Part shown: positions 1-9,218 of the stretch, in pieces | How the letters are laid out: each line of letters starts with the position of its first letter | Numbering within the stretch: the stretch's first letter is position 1 | Source of the DNA: Candidatus Kapaibacterium sp. | Lineage (GTDB): Bacteria > Bacteroidota > Ignavibacteria > Kapaibacteriales > UBA2268 | Assembly: GCA_027858275.1 (NCBI GenBank) | Contig: JAQIDA010000101.1 | Coordinates: 1 to 35,304 of the forward strand | Length of the DNA stretch: 35,304 bases | Direction of reading: 5' to 3' | Translations under genes and position numbers: made by a program | Notes under the pieces: model-generated | Database searches by the model: none | What the model was told of the DNA's origin: nothing | The model's input: the letters and a program-made list of their open reading frames with translations, nothing else

Positions 1-2
1 GC

Positions 3-3000
3 AGGAGCTATGCGACTTTTCATACTTTTGTCGCGGAAGTTACTGACGGATTGTTGCGAATCAAAGCCTCAGCTTCGGCAGGGGAGACCATGATTAACGG
101 TATATCAATTATTCAAGTAACTGAAGATCAGATTGCTCCTGCGCGTCCGACCGAGACGATTGTCACAGGCGGCTTCGACAGGATGATTGTCAATTGGGAC
201 CCGAACTATGAAGCGGATCTCACGGGATTTAATATATACCGAAAATTGGCGGCGGAGGAATTTATAAAATTGAATGCAGAGCCGTTGCTTTATACTATGT
301 ATATTGACGATGATGTTGAGGTTGGAGTTGAGTATTTCTATACGATGACGAGCGTGGATATTTGGGGCAATGAAAGCGAATTTTGTACTGAAATATCAGG
401 AATCGCCGTCGGAGATGAAGCCTCGCAGCTGCCGATTTATGAGCTGACCGTCACACAGGCAAATCTGGACAAACTCAATGAGGATTATCTCTCCGATGAT
501 TATGTTGACTGTGAATTTAAATACGGCGGCAAGACTTGGAGCAATGTGAAAATCCGCTATCGAGGCAGAACCACAAGGGGCTACCGCAAAAAAAATTATA
601 AAATCAAATTCGATTCCGAAGACCTTTTTGATAATATGAGAAGCTTGAATCTTACTTCCGAAATGGGCGATTTGAGTTTAATCAAAGATTTGTCAATCTA
701 CGAAGCGAAGAAATTAGCCGGGCTGCCGACGCACAATGTTTATCCTCTGCATTTGAAATTAAACGGAGAGTTTATCGGCGTTTACGTTCAGCGAGAGCAG
801 GAGGACGATGCTTTTGTTTCGAGGTTGGAACTTGGTTCGGGCAATTTGTATAAACCGCTTTATCGCGCTTATTCCAATCTTGAGACTCTCGATGATTTCA
901 AAAAAGATTACTCAAAAGAGACCAATCCGAACAGCGGATTTCAGGATATAATCAGCCTCACGAGATTTGTTAATGAAACGCCCGATGCTGAGTTATTCGA
1001 AGAGCTGCCAAGGAGATTCCATATTGATGAATTTTTCACATCTTTTGCGGTATTGAATTTATTCGCCGACTTAGATCATTCTTGGGGCAATTTCTATTTG
1101 TTCCGCAGTTTCGAGGATAATAAATGGCGCGAAATTCATTTCGATCACGATTACAGCCTGCATAATTATAATTATCCATTCCGATTATATACGAAGGAAG
1201 CAAGGGCTGCAGGGCTCTATCACTGGATTCTGAATAAACTCTATTACTCTGATGATTACCGTTGGTACTATTGTCACAAGTATGATGAGCTGTTGAACGG
1301 CGCGCTTAGAGAAGATTCCGTTGAAACCATGATGAAGCAGTTTTTTGCGGATGTTAAATTTGACGCGCATAGAGATATCTATAAAAATTCCCATGAGGAC
1401 AATGTCAGTTTCGACAATTATTTGTTCAGCATTCTCAGTAATGTTCGGAAGCGCGCGGCTTTGATTCGGGACAGTATTGCCGTTGAATCTCCGGCCGGCT
1501 ACGATCCCCTCTATAGATTGTTCGTAAATGAAATTATGCCGGACAACGATAAGGCTCATAAATCTTCGGATGAATTGTATCATCCTTGGATTGAGATATA
1601 TAATGATAATGTGATCCCTGTGGATGTTTCCGCGTGCAAGATTCAGATAGACAGCGGAGAAATGTGGACGATTCCGGCGGGCAGCATTGTCGATCCTAAG
1701 GGACATATTATTATATATACTGATTGCCCGGCCGAACAAGGGGGGCTTTTCAGCGATTTGACGATGCCGGAAGAGGCGAGTGCGATTACTCTATATTATC
1801 CCGACGCTGTTGAAATATGCGCAGAGATGGATTTTGATATTCCCGATACGGATCAGTCTTACGGACGGAAAGAGGACGGCAGCGCTGAATTAATTACGTT
1901 CAATCAGGCATCTCCGAATAAACAGAATTTTACCGAGCCCGGCAACTCGCTGCGAGGCATTGTCTTTATTAATGAGATTATGCCGGCTAATACTCAAACT
2001 GTTGCGAACAGCGACGGAGAATTTGAGGATTGGATTGAGTTGTATAATGCCGGCGTCGATATTGATATGTCCGGCTATTGGCTCAGCGACAACCGGGACG
2101 CTCCGTTCAAATGGCAATTCCCTAAAGGATATTATCTCAAAAGCAAATCCACGACAAAGTTTTTCGCTGACGGGCTGGGCGCGGATAATACTAACAACTT
2201 GAACTTCAAATTGAGTCGATCGGGTGAAGAAGTGCTGCTTACATCGCCGGACGGACTCGAAACTATTGATTATATTAAATTCCCCGAATGCGCCGACGAT
2301 GTATCCTACGGCAGAAACGGTGACGGCAGTCACGAATGGATTTCTTTTGCAGCCGCTACACCCGGCAAATCGAATATTCCGAAGACTGTTGACGGCAAGA
2401 TTTATATTAATGAGTTTATGGCGAAAAATTCCGAAACGATTCTCGATGAGAACGGGAACGCCGGCGATTGGATTGAATTATACAACCCGGATTCTGTCGA
2501 CAGAGATATAGGCGGTTGGTTCCTGACTGATTCCGATAATAATCTGAGCAAATGGCAAATTCCTGTCGGCAGCCTCATTGAGGCTTTTTCTTTCTTGTTG
2601 ATATGGGCGGACGGCGATCCGGAAGCAGGCGAATTTCATGCTAATTTCAAATTGGGCGGCACAGGGGAGCAGGTGCTTCTTGTCGGTCCTGACGGTGCGA
2701 CGATTATCGACTCCTTGAGTTTTGGAGTGCAGGAAGATGATATTTCCTACGGCAGATTTATTGATGCAGGAGCCGAATGGATGTTTTTTGAAGAGCCGAC
2801 TCCCGGCGCGACAAACAATGTTTATGATGAAAATGATGAACTTGTAGAAATTCTCTCTATTTCCCCGAATCCTACGGAAGATGTCGCGTATATTGAATAT
2901 AAAACTTTGACCGCCGGACCGGTGCGTTTATTTATATTCGATAATTCCGGGCGCAAAGTGTTCGAAAAGCTCTATGATCAGCTCCAAGTGGGCGAACATG

Positions 3001-3101
3001 CAGAAAAAATCGATGTTTCTGCTTTGTCAATAGGAAATTATTACTATATTGTCAAAGTGGGTAGTACTATAAAGATGAAAATGTTTGCTAAGATGAAGTA
3101 G
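3..3101 (+). CDS. CotH kinase family protein with malectin-like remnant, FN3, three lamin-tail domains and T9SS type A CTD (5'-partial)
   Basis: Frame is open from position 3 (RSYATFHTFVAEVTDGLLRIK), so the true start is probably upstream of the window. CotH motifs: IRYRGRTTR..KKNYKIKF, LNGEFIGVY..RE, D..H..GNFYL..FDHD. Three LTD repeats (F/Y[VI]NE[IF]M...WIE[IL]YN...SYGR). C-terminus ISPNP...IFDNSGR...GNYYYIV...KMFAKMK is CTD-like. Confidence 0.9.
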   Translation, partial: RSYATFHTFVAEVTDGLLRIKASASAGETMINGISIIQVTEDQIAPARPTETIVTGGFDRMIVNWDPNYEADLTGFNIYRKLAAEEFIKLNAEPLLYTMYIDDDVEVGVEYFYTMTSVDIWGNESEFCTEISGIAVGDEASQLPIYELTVTQANLDKLNEDYLSDDYVDCEFKYGGKTWSNVKIRYRGRTTRGYRKKNYKIKFDSEDLFDNMRSLNLTSEMGDLSLIKDLSIYEAKKLAGLPTHNVYPLHLKLNGEFIGVYVQREQEDDAFVSRLELGSGNLYKPLYRAYSNLETLDDFKKDYSKETNPNSGFQDIISLTRFVNETPDAELFEELPRRFHIDEFFTSFAVLNLFADLDHSWGNFYLFRSFEDNKWREIHFDHDYSLHNYNYPFRLYTKEARAAGLYHWILNKLYYSDDYRWYYCHKYDELLNGALREDSVETMMKQFFADVKFDAHRDIYKNSHEDNVSFDNYLFSILSNVRKRAALIRDSIAVESPAGYDPLYRLFVNEIMPDNDKAHKSSDELYHPWIEIYNDNVIPVDVSACKIQIDSGEMWTIPAGSIVDPKGHIIIYTDCPAEQGGLFSDLTMPEEASAITLYYPDAVEICAEMDFDIPDTDQSYGRKEDGSAELITFNQASPNKQNFTEPGNSLRGIVFINEIMPANTQTVANSDGEFEDWIELYNAGVDIDMSGYWLSDNRDAPFKWQFPKGYYLKSKSTTKFFADGLGADNTNNLNFKLSRSGEEVLLTSPDGLETIDYIKFPECADDVSYGRNGDGSHEWISFAAATPGKSNIPKTVDGKIYINEFMAKNSETILDENGNAGDWIELYNPDSVDRDIGGWFLTDSDNNLSKWQIPVGSLIEAFSFLLIWADGDPEAGEFHANFKLGGTGEQVLLVGPDGATIIDSLSFGVQEDDISYGRFIDAGAEWMFFEEPTPGATNNVYDENDELVEILSISPNPTEDVAYIEYKTLTAGPVRLFIFDNSGRKVFEKLYDQLQVGEHAEKIDVSALSIGNYYYIVKVGSTIKMKMFAKMK

Positions 3102-3133
3102 AACAGTGTTACGACATCCGTTTTGGCTGCCCG

Positions 3134-3194
3134 GTTCGCTGAGCGGAGCCGAAGCGAGAGATACGCTAAGACACTTCGACTCCGCTCAGTGAAC
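3134..3194. repeat. REP-like inverted repeat (21-bp arms, 19-nt spacer) after the CotH gene; may also act as a terminator or mRNA stabiliser
   Basis: gttcgctgagcggagccgaag (3134-3154) vs cttcgactccgctcagtgaac (3174-3194), 19/21 complementary. Confidence 0.7.
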
Positions 3195-3205
3195 GGAGAT
3201 TGAAG

Positions 3206-3239
3206 CCGGGCGACCACACAGGGATCGCCACTACGAAGA
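3206..3239 (-). repeat. GTAG-type REP-like element, copy 1
   Basis: ccgggcgaccacacagggatcgccactacgaaga; the minus strand reads GTAG followed by an imperfect GC-rich palindrome (ggcgatc...gtcgcc); 33/34 identical to 3885-3918. Confidence 0.7.
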
Positions 3240-3275
3240 CAAAAAATGTTTGATAATTATTATTAGAATCGTGTT

Positions 3276-3614
3276 ATGGAGAGTATACAAATTTTTACTA
3301 CCCCGATTTTGGATGGTTATGAAATCACTGAATATCACGGACTCGTCACGGCTCGGTCGGTCAGAGCGATGAATGTTTTTCGCGATATTATGACTCAGTT
3401 CCGCGACCTCTTCGGCGGTCGGTCGGAATCTTATGAAAATATCATGGATGAGCTGCAACTTGATGCTCTGCATGAATTAGAGATCAGAACAAGAGACAAA
3501 GGCGCTAACGCCGTGGTTGGACTTTTAATTGATTTTGACAACATAGGCTCGAAAGGTAATTCGCTGTTGATGGCTTTTGCTAAAGGCACGGCAGTTACTA
3601 TTCGCAAAAAATAA
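3276..3614 (+). CDS. ybjQ: YbjQ (UPF0145) family protein
   Basis: 112 aa with the family pattern TTP.LDGYEITEYHGLV, FRD....FRDLFGGRSESYE, GANAVVG...DF, LLM..AKGTAV. Confidence 0.92.
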   Translation: MESIQIFTTPILDGYEITEYHGLVTARSVRAMNVFRDIMTQFRDLFGGRSESYENIMDELQLDALHELEIRTRDKGANAVVGLLIDFDNIGSKGNSLLMAFAKGTAVTIRKK

Positions 3615-3884
3615 TTGTTTCGCTAATTATTACGTAATCATCCCCCCGTCTGAGCTGCCTGATTTGTAGTTCTCGGATTATGCAGGACAATTATTTATTC
3701 CCACAACAAAATTATGTTAACCGGCTCGATTTTGGCTACAGTTAACATTGACCTAAAATTAACGCAGCATCGAGGCTTTAGCCCGATGTCTTATTGCGGC
3801 AAGCTGAAGCATGCCGTTGCGAGAGACAGGGAAGAAGACGGAATCCACTGAAGAAAGTGGAATCCGTCGAAGAATTTTGTATCT

Positions 3885-3918
3885 CCGGGCGACCACACAG
3901 GGATCGCCCCTACGAAGA
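3885..3918 (-). repeat. GTAG-type REP-like element, copy 2
   Basis: ccgggcgaccacacagggatcgcccctacgaaga; minus strand GTAGGGGCGATCCCTGTGTGGTCGCCC; direct repeat of 3206-3239. Confidence 0.72.
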
Positions 3919-4004
3919 AAAATTTGGTTCATATAAATGAAATATATTTTGAATTATGAATTTTGGAGGAAACATAGAATAAACGTTTGTACAACTTATA
4001 TTTA

Positions 4005-4252
4005 GGGCTTTAAAAGCCCGGTGAAAACTCCCGAGCGAATGTAGTACTTCTTCACAATCCATTGTGACGAAAGCATAGGTCTTCCCTGTACTGCTGCTAT
4101 AGTAGCCGCTGTATGGGCTCGGATGTGCTTCTAAGTAGAAATGCTTAGTTTATGACATAATTGTGAAAAATCGGTAATAATACTGATAGATATAGAACTA
4201 CTCTTGCGTAGTTTTGATTCTTATTGCAGAAGACCCTGTTTTTTGCAGGGTT
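4005..4252 (+). promoter_or_regulatory. Candidate structured 5' leader of the large secreted-protein cluster
   Basis: Several possible helices: gggcttt/aaagccc, ccgagc/gctcgg enclosing gtagtac/gtactgc and tcacaa/ttgtga, aactac/gtagtt, accctg/cagggt. No confident match to a named family. Confidence 0.3.
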
Positions 4253-4320
4253 TGTCGTGTCGAAAAAGAGACTTTGGAATAAATAATTACTTGTTTTATT
4301 AACAACAGAAGGAATCAGAA

Positions 4321-6846
4321 ATGACTACCTTAACTTTTACTAAACGTTTTTTATCGCTCGTAGCACTAATGGGGATTGTCCTCATGGCTACAGGGCTCCA
4401 CGCTCAGAATTTGGTCAATGGCGCCGAAGGTGTTATTGTGAATTATGGAACAATTAAATTTGTCGTAACAGACGGTGAATTTCAAAATGAAAATGCCGAC
4501 GGTACTATCGCCACTATCTTGGATAATGATAACGGCACAATCGAATTTGCGAACACTGACAATGTGTTTGCAGGTACAAATGATATCGGCGCCAGTACGG
4601 CTATGCGTCTTGGCGGTTTAATGTTGTATTCTCTTGGAACGGCAACACAGAACATTCAAGGTCGTTATTATACTAATCTTGAAATGGCAAACGGTACCGC
4701 AAATACCGCTGTAGTGAAACAATTTGGTGCTTCTCTTGTTTATTGCTCAGGCGCTTACACTGCAGCCGGTGCTGATCGCGACTATGGTACAGGTGAATTT
4801 TCTTATGACGGAGCTGCTGCTCAGACTATCTTCGCTGAAGCCGGTGCTACAGGTAATGCTAACATCTATAACATTTTGAACTTTGAAGATGTCGGTGTAA
4901 AAACTTTGACTGCCGGTGAAACAAATAATGTTGAAACTTCTTCAACAATGCTTGCTTCAACAGTTGGCGGCGGTGTTGACATCCAAGGTATTTACCAGTC
5001 ATTAGGTAATGCAACTTTCGATCAGATCGCCAACGCCGGTGATTTGCTTGTTACCGGGGCCGGTGCTGAATACAACAATACTAACGGTGCAGCTACTTTT
5101 AACGCGAACGTGACTGTTGCAGCCGGTACGATGACTGCAGGCGGAAGCGGCGGTATGACATATAACACCGGACTTTTGGCAGTTAGTGCTGCAGGTGCTG
5201 TAAGAACAAACGGAACTGCAGGAGACGGATTAGGTGATATCACTTTCAATTCAACTACAACCGTAATAGGAACAAGTTTCTTGACTACTGACGGTGACGG
5301 TGACTTGATTGTTAATACCGGTACTGTAACTATTACTGACGGTACATTCGGAGTTACTGCTACCAGTGACAACGGTCAGGGTACTATCAACTCAGGCGGT
5401 ACATTAGCTCTTGCTGATGTAGGAGGATCCGATGCTTTGGGTCACGTGGATATTGCAACCGGGCAAACTCTTGAAAATACCGGTATATTCACTAATGCAA
5501 CAGCATATGCCAGCAGAACAAATATGCTTTTTGCTGATGATTCAGAAATGATTTATAACGGTGCAGGTCAGTCTATCGTTGGTACAATTGCTGCAAATCC
5601 TTATGGTAATTTGCAATCAATTGGCGCAACAAAAGCCGGTGCTGAAAATCATATTAATATTTCGAGTGATTTACTTGTAACAACTGAAGTGCTTGATATG
5701 ACTGCAGGCGCAGGCCCATTTACATTGACAATGCTTGACCATACAGGTGAGGCACTTTATACAGGTTCAACAGACGGTGTTGTATTTGAGGTTGCCGGTT
5801 CATTCCAGAGAATGTATAATGTATATGATGGAGGTGACGCTTACACCGGTGCTACACCATTAACATACAACAATGTTGACACAAAAGTCAGCATAACAAC
5901 ATTAGGCAGTCTTGTTGACTTGACACTGAATATTTTACCTGAAACGAATCCTGATCCTTCAGTTCCGGCATTTAGCTTAGCTACTGATGTGAATCGTAAA
6001 ATTACATTTTCATACAATAGTACAGCAAATGATTGGGTTTCTGAAGTAACTATGGGTTATAGATCAAGTGAAGAACCAACAGACGGAGACGTTCCGATCG
6101 CAGCCTTGCGTTTCAGAGAATATGAATCTCCCACCAACCCATCTCATAAAGTATCGACTAATGAGTTGATCGGCAGAAGCACACCAGCTGATTATACTGA
6201 TGGTTTTGCATGGATCTCTTTGGCAGGTATCGAACCGGGTACCGGCACTACGCTTGCTGAAGTTATTAACACTAATGACTTGTATTTGAGCGGTGCTCCA
6301 ACATCATTTATCACTATTAACCACGGTCGTTGGTCAAATCCTGCAACATGGGATGAAGGCATTCAGCCGAGTTCAAGTGACTTTGCTATTGTTCGCCACA
6401 ACGTTCATGTTGGTTTCCGTAGAACCTCATTTGACGGTGGTGTTGCAGGCGGTCAGAATGATGAAGGCGACTTTGCCGGAGTTACTAACGATCGCTTAGC
6501 ATCAGAGATCGAAATTATTGTACCTGATGGCACATATACAACTCCTGCTCTTATCTTTGGTAATAATGTCGGCGGCGCAACTGATGAAGAGTTACCTTTA
6601 ACTCCATGGAAACTTGCTGATGTCTCTACTGCTAACCTGACTAACTTGAATGCCAATGCTACAGGTACAGGTTTAGCCGGGTATACAAGTACAGTGTTTG
6701 ACAACGATGTTCGTAATAGTGCTACAGCAAACTATTATCACGGTTTGATGTTCTTGAACACAAACACAGCAGTAACATTGCTTACACTGACAAACAGTGG
6801 TGCAATGGCTGTTGGTGAAGATGTTACAGTAACAGTTGGTGAATAA
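4321..6846 (+). CDS. Secreted T/G/A/N-rich protein (beta-helix-like region, beta-sandwich, G8-like motif); putative major filament subunit
   Basis: AAGGA RBS; Sec signal ending LHA|Q; low-complexity beta-solenoid-like sequence; G8-like HGRWSNPATWDEGIQP; ends VTVTVGE; no T9SS CTD. The filament role is inference. Confidence 0.8.
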   Translation: MTTLTFTKRFLSLVALMGIVLMATGLHAQNLVNGAEGVIVNYGTIKFVVTDGEFQNENADGTIATILDNDNGTIEFANTDNVFAGTNDIGASTAMRLGGLMLYSLGTATQNIQGRYYTNLEMANGTANTAVVKQFGASLVYCSGAYTAAGADRDYGTGEFSYDGAAAQTIFAEAGATGNANIYNILNFEDVGVKTLTAGETNNVETSSTMLASTVGGGVDIQGIYQSLGNATFDQIANAGDLLVTGAGAEYNNTNGAATFNANVTVAAGTMTAGGSGGMTYNTGLLAVSAAGAVRTNGTAGDGLGDITFNSTTTVIGTSFLTTDGDGDLIVNTGTVTITDGTFGVTATSDNGQGTINSGGTLALADVGGSDALGHVDIATGQTLENTGIFTNATAYASRTNMLFADDSEMIYNGAGQSIVGTIAANPYGNLQSIGATKAGAENHINISSDLLVTTEVLDMTAGAGPFTLTMLDHTGEALYTGSTDGVVFEVAGSFQRMYNVYDGGDAYTGATPLTYNNVDTKVSITTLGSLVDLTLNILPETNPDPSVPAFSLATDVNRKITFSYNSTANDWVSEVTMGYRSSEEPTDGDVPIAALRFREYESPTNPSHKVSTNELIGRSTPADYTDGFAWISLAGIEPGTGTTLAEVINTNDLYLSGAPTSFITINHGRWSNPATWDEGIQPSSSDFAIVRHNVHVGFRRTSFDGGVAGGQNDEGDFAGVTNDRLASEIEIIVPDGTYTTPALIFGNNVGGATDEELPLTPWKLADVSTANLTNLNANATGTGLAGYTSTVFDNDVRNSATANYYHGLMFLNTNTAVTLLTLTNSGAMAVGEDVTVTVGE

Positions 6847-6891
6847 TTCTAAATTTATAATTTAGAACGTGATTAATAAAACAGGTATAAC

Positions 6892-6918
6892 TCGGAGGGC
6901 GATAAGCTCGCCCTCCGA
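6892..6918 (+). terminator. Strong intercistronic hairpin (leaky terminator or mRNA-stabilising stem)
   Basis: Perfect 11-bp stem tcggagggcga-taagc-tcgccctccga followed by the weak tail tattaat. Confidence 0.7.
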
Positions 6919-6941
6919 TATTAATAGGACTCACTCAAAAC

Positions 6942-9002
6942 ATGCTTAAAAAAATGAAAATATTGTCAAATATATTGATCCTTATAGGATTTATTCTCCT
7001 TGCAGTTCAGCAGCCGAGCAATGCTCAGCAGCTGAACAGCACGGGGAATATTATCAATAAGGGCAAGATCATTGTCAAACAACAGGCAGTGATTGAGCAA
7101 GCGTCAATAGACGGTGAAGTTGAGTTTGTTTGGGATCGAGACGGAATGAGACAATATATACCTCAAATTTCTTATGAAAGCGTAAAATTTTCGGGTAGAA
7201 CACCAAAGTATTTGAGTGATACTACTAAAATTCTCACGGCACGCAAAAAATTCGTTTCGGAAATAACTGAAATCATAATGGTTCCGCAATCAATGATCTA
7301 CTCGCAAGGGGTTACCGAGCATGAGGCTCAGATTAATCCTGCCTATGGATACGGAACGGTAAAACTCAACGGACTGAATGCTCAGGATATATCGGGCAAA
7401 GGCGGCTTCAAAGTGCTTGAGCTTGACAATTGGTCAGGTGCGGACGTCATCAAAGGGGGCGGTTTTGTGGTAAACACAAAATTAGAACTAACCCGCGGCG
7501 AGATGCGCAACGACTCGGTCAGTAATTTCCTGATGAAAGATTCCGCGTTGATAGTCCGTAACGACGAAGGATCACTGAGATACGAGGCGAACTTCGAAGA
7601 CCATATCGATGTTCACTATATCGGATCGAACACTTACTCAATCGCAACCGGCGGAGAAATCCCGAGCGATCCGGCAATCTTGCAGACAATGCAGGTGAGG
7701 AATCGCGGCGGCGTAGATTTGAGCATGGACGTTACAGTAAACGATACACTGCTTGTCGCAAGTCATGTAAACACTGAGCCGACGGCAGACCTCAAGGTTT
7801 TGACCTATACATCGGCAAAGAATCCAATATATGAGGAACATGACGCAGAAGTAATCGGCAGTCTCAGACGAACAAATCTCAAAACAGACAGTTCGCAGAT
7901 ACTGTTCAACAATCGTTATACTTATGCACTGTTTGAAAATGCGGCAGCGGCAGGAGCAGTGAAAGAATTGACTTTCAGAGTCAAACCACTGGAATGGCCG
8001 ATCTTCACATTGGACGTAGACAGAGTAAAAAGATATTTTGCCATAAGCGCGCGCGACGAAAATTCCTCAGACCTGAGCGCTGTTCCGAATATGCAAGTCG
8101 GCTACGGCTGGCGTCAATTCGATGACAGTGTAGAGGTGGATGAGTCGTTGATATTGCGCAATAGTTTCGCAGAACTCGGATTCGAGCGATGGGTAAACGG
8201 CGAATGGGAATTTATAGAAAGCTCGCAAATGCCTGCTCAGCTGGACGGAGCTCTGGGCTGGGCTTATAGCTATGCGACAATAGTAACGGAATTCGGCGAA
8301 TTCGCTGTTGGTTTGAATACAAGTATGCCTTTGCGCATGAGAGCCATAGCGTTTTTGGAAGGCGCGTATCGCAAGGAAATGATGTCGGATGAACTCCGCA
8401 TTAAAAAGCTGATACCGACCACCCCGGATAATTCATATCCTTATAATCTCGATCCTACACGGGCTTCGATTGCGGTGATCGCGATCCCTGATTCGGTAGT
8501 TGATTGGGTGGTTCTCGAATTTAGATCCTCTCTGACCGGCGAAGCCTTGTTCTATAAGACCTGCTTTGTCAGAACAGACGGAACGTTGGTGAACCAACAA
8601 GGTGACGAGTGGATACAGTTGGATGCATTCAGAAGAAATGCTGAATTCTACGTGGCAGTGCGTCACAGAAACCACTTGAGCATAATAACAGAGAGCAAAA
8701 TGGAGTTTGTAACAGACTCCAATTTGAACGTAATTGATTTTACTAATCCGTCATTAGTACTCGGCGGCTCAGCCTCCTTGAAGCTAATCGGCAGAAACTC
8801 ATTGGGCAAGTTGATATTCGCAATGCCCGGCGGGGATACTGACGGCAACGGAGAAATCAATCGTGACGATCTGGAAAGAGCATGGATACAACGTGACAAC
8901 GAAGGATATTTGAGATCAGATATCCACATGAGCGGAATTATCAATACAAGAGATTTTAACTATATCTGGAACAATCAGGGGCGTACAAGCCAGATCAAAT
9001 AG
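6942..9002 (+). CDS. Secreted protein paralogous to the N-terminal part of the 841-aa protein, with a C-terminal FLEG/RHRNHL domain and dockerin-like EF-hand pair
   Basis: Signal ends SNA|Q (start could be 6954). EVIGSLRR..FNN.YT..LT...P..VKR aligns with EVAGSFQR..YNN.DT..LT...P..VNR in the 841-aa protein. C-terminus has AFLEGAY, VVDWVVLEFR, VRHRNHL, GDTDGNGEINRDD and SDIHMSGIINTRD. Confidence 0.8.
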   Translation: MLKKMKILSNILILIGFILLAVQQPSNAQQLNSTGNIINKGKIIVKQQAVIEQASIDGEVEFVWDRDGMRQYIPQISYESVKFSGRTPKYLSDTTKILTARKKFVSEITEIIMVPQSMIYSQGVTEHEAQINPAYGYGTVKLNGLNAQDISGKGGFKVLELDNWSGADVIKGGGFVVNTKLELTRGEMRNDSVSNFLMKDSALIVRNDEGSLRYEANFEDHIDVHYIGSNTYSIATGGEIPSDPAILQTMQVRNRGGVDLSMDVTVNDTLLVASHVNTEPTADLKVLTYTSAKNPIYEEHDAEVIGSLRRTNLKTDSSQILFNNRYTYALFENAAAAGAVKELTFRVKPLEWPIFTLDVDRVKRYFAISARDENSSDLSAVPNMQVGYGWRQFDDSVEVDESLILRNSFAELGFERWVNGEWEFIESSQMPAQLDGALGWAYSYATIVTEFGEFAVGLNTSMPLRMRAIAFLEGAYRKEMMSDELRIKKLIPTTPDNSYPYNLDPTRASIAVIAIPDSVVDWVVLEFRSSLTGEALFYKTCFVRTDGTLVNQQGDEWIQLDAFRRNAEFYVAVRHRNHLSIITESKMEFVTDSNLNVIDFTNPSLVLGGSASLKLIGRNSLGKLIFAMPGGDTDGNGEINRDDLERAWIQRDNEGYLRSDIHMSGIINTRDFNYIWNNQGRTSQIK

Positions 9003-9079
9003 TTCTGATTTTAAATTTTCTTGTATTTATAATTATCGGAGACAGTGATACAGAAAATTGTTTGTAAATAGAGTTTTGA

Positions 9080-9110
9080 CGGCATAGCGGCGACAGCCTG
9101 TGTTATGCCG
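9080..9110 (+). other. Intergenic hairpin
   Basis: cggcatagc...gttatgccg outer stem with inner ggc/gcc; no U-tract. Confidence 0.4.
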
Positions 9111-9218
9111 GACACTTAGGAACGACTACAGCACTATAAAAAAAAGAAGATAAAAGAAGGATATAACAATTAACTATTCCATACAACATACACTGCAATC
9201 GCTGAGAAAGGACAGACT

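Noticed and set aside
4209-4216. TAGTTTTG matching the Bacteroidota -7 promoter motif
   Set aside because: No TTTG -33 element at the expected spacing, and the motif arises easily by chance in AT-rich DNA.
4010-4245. Naming the leader a cobalamin or c-di-GMP-I riboswitch
   Set aside because: Key elements are missing (GGGAA before the GGTG stem, an intact B12 box, the GGYAAA/GAAA tetraloop and GCAAA); kept only as an unnamed candidate.
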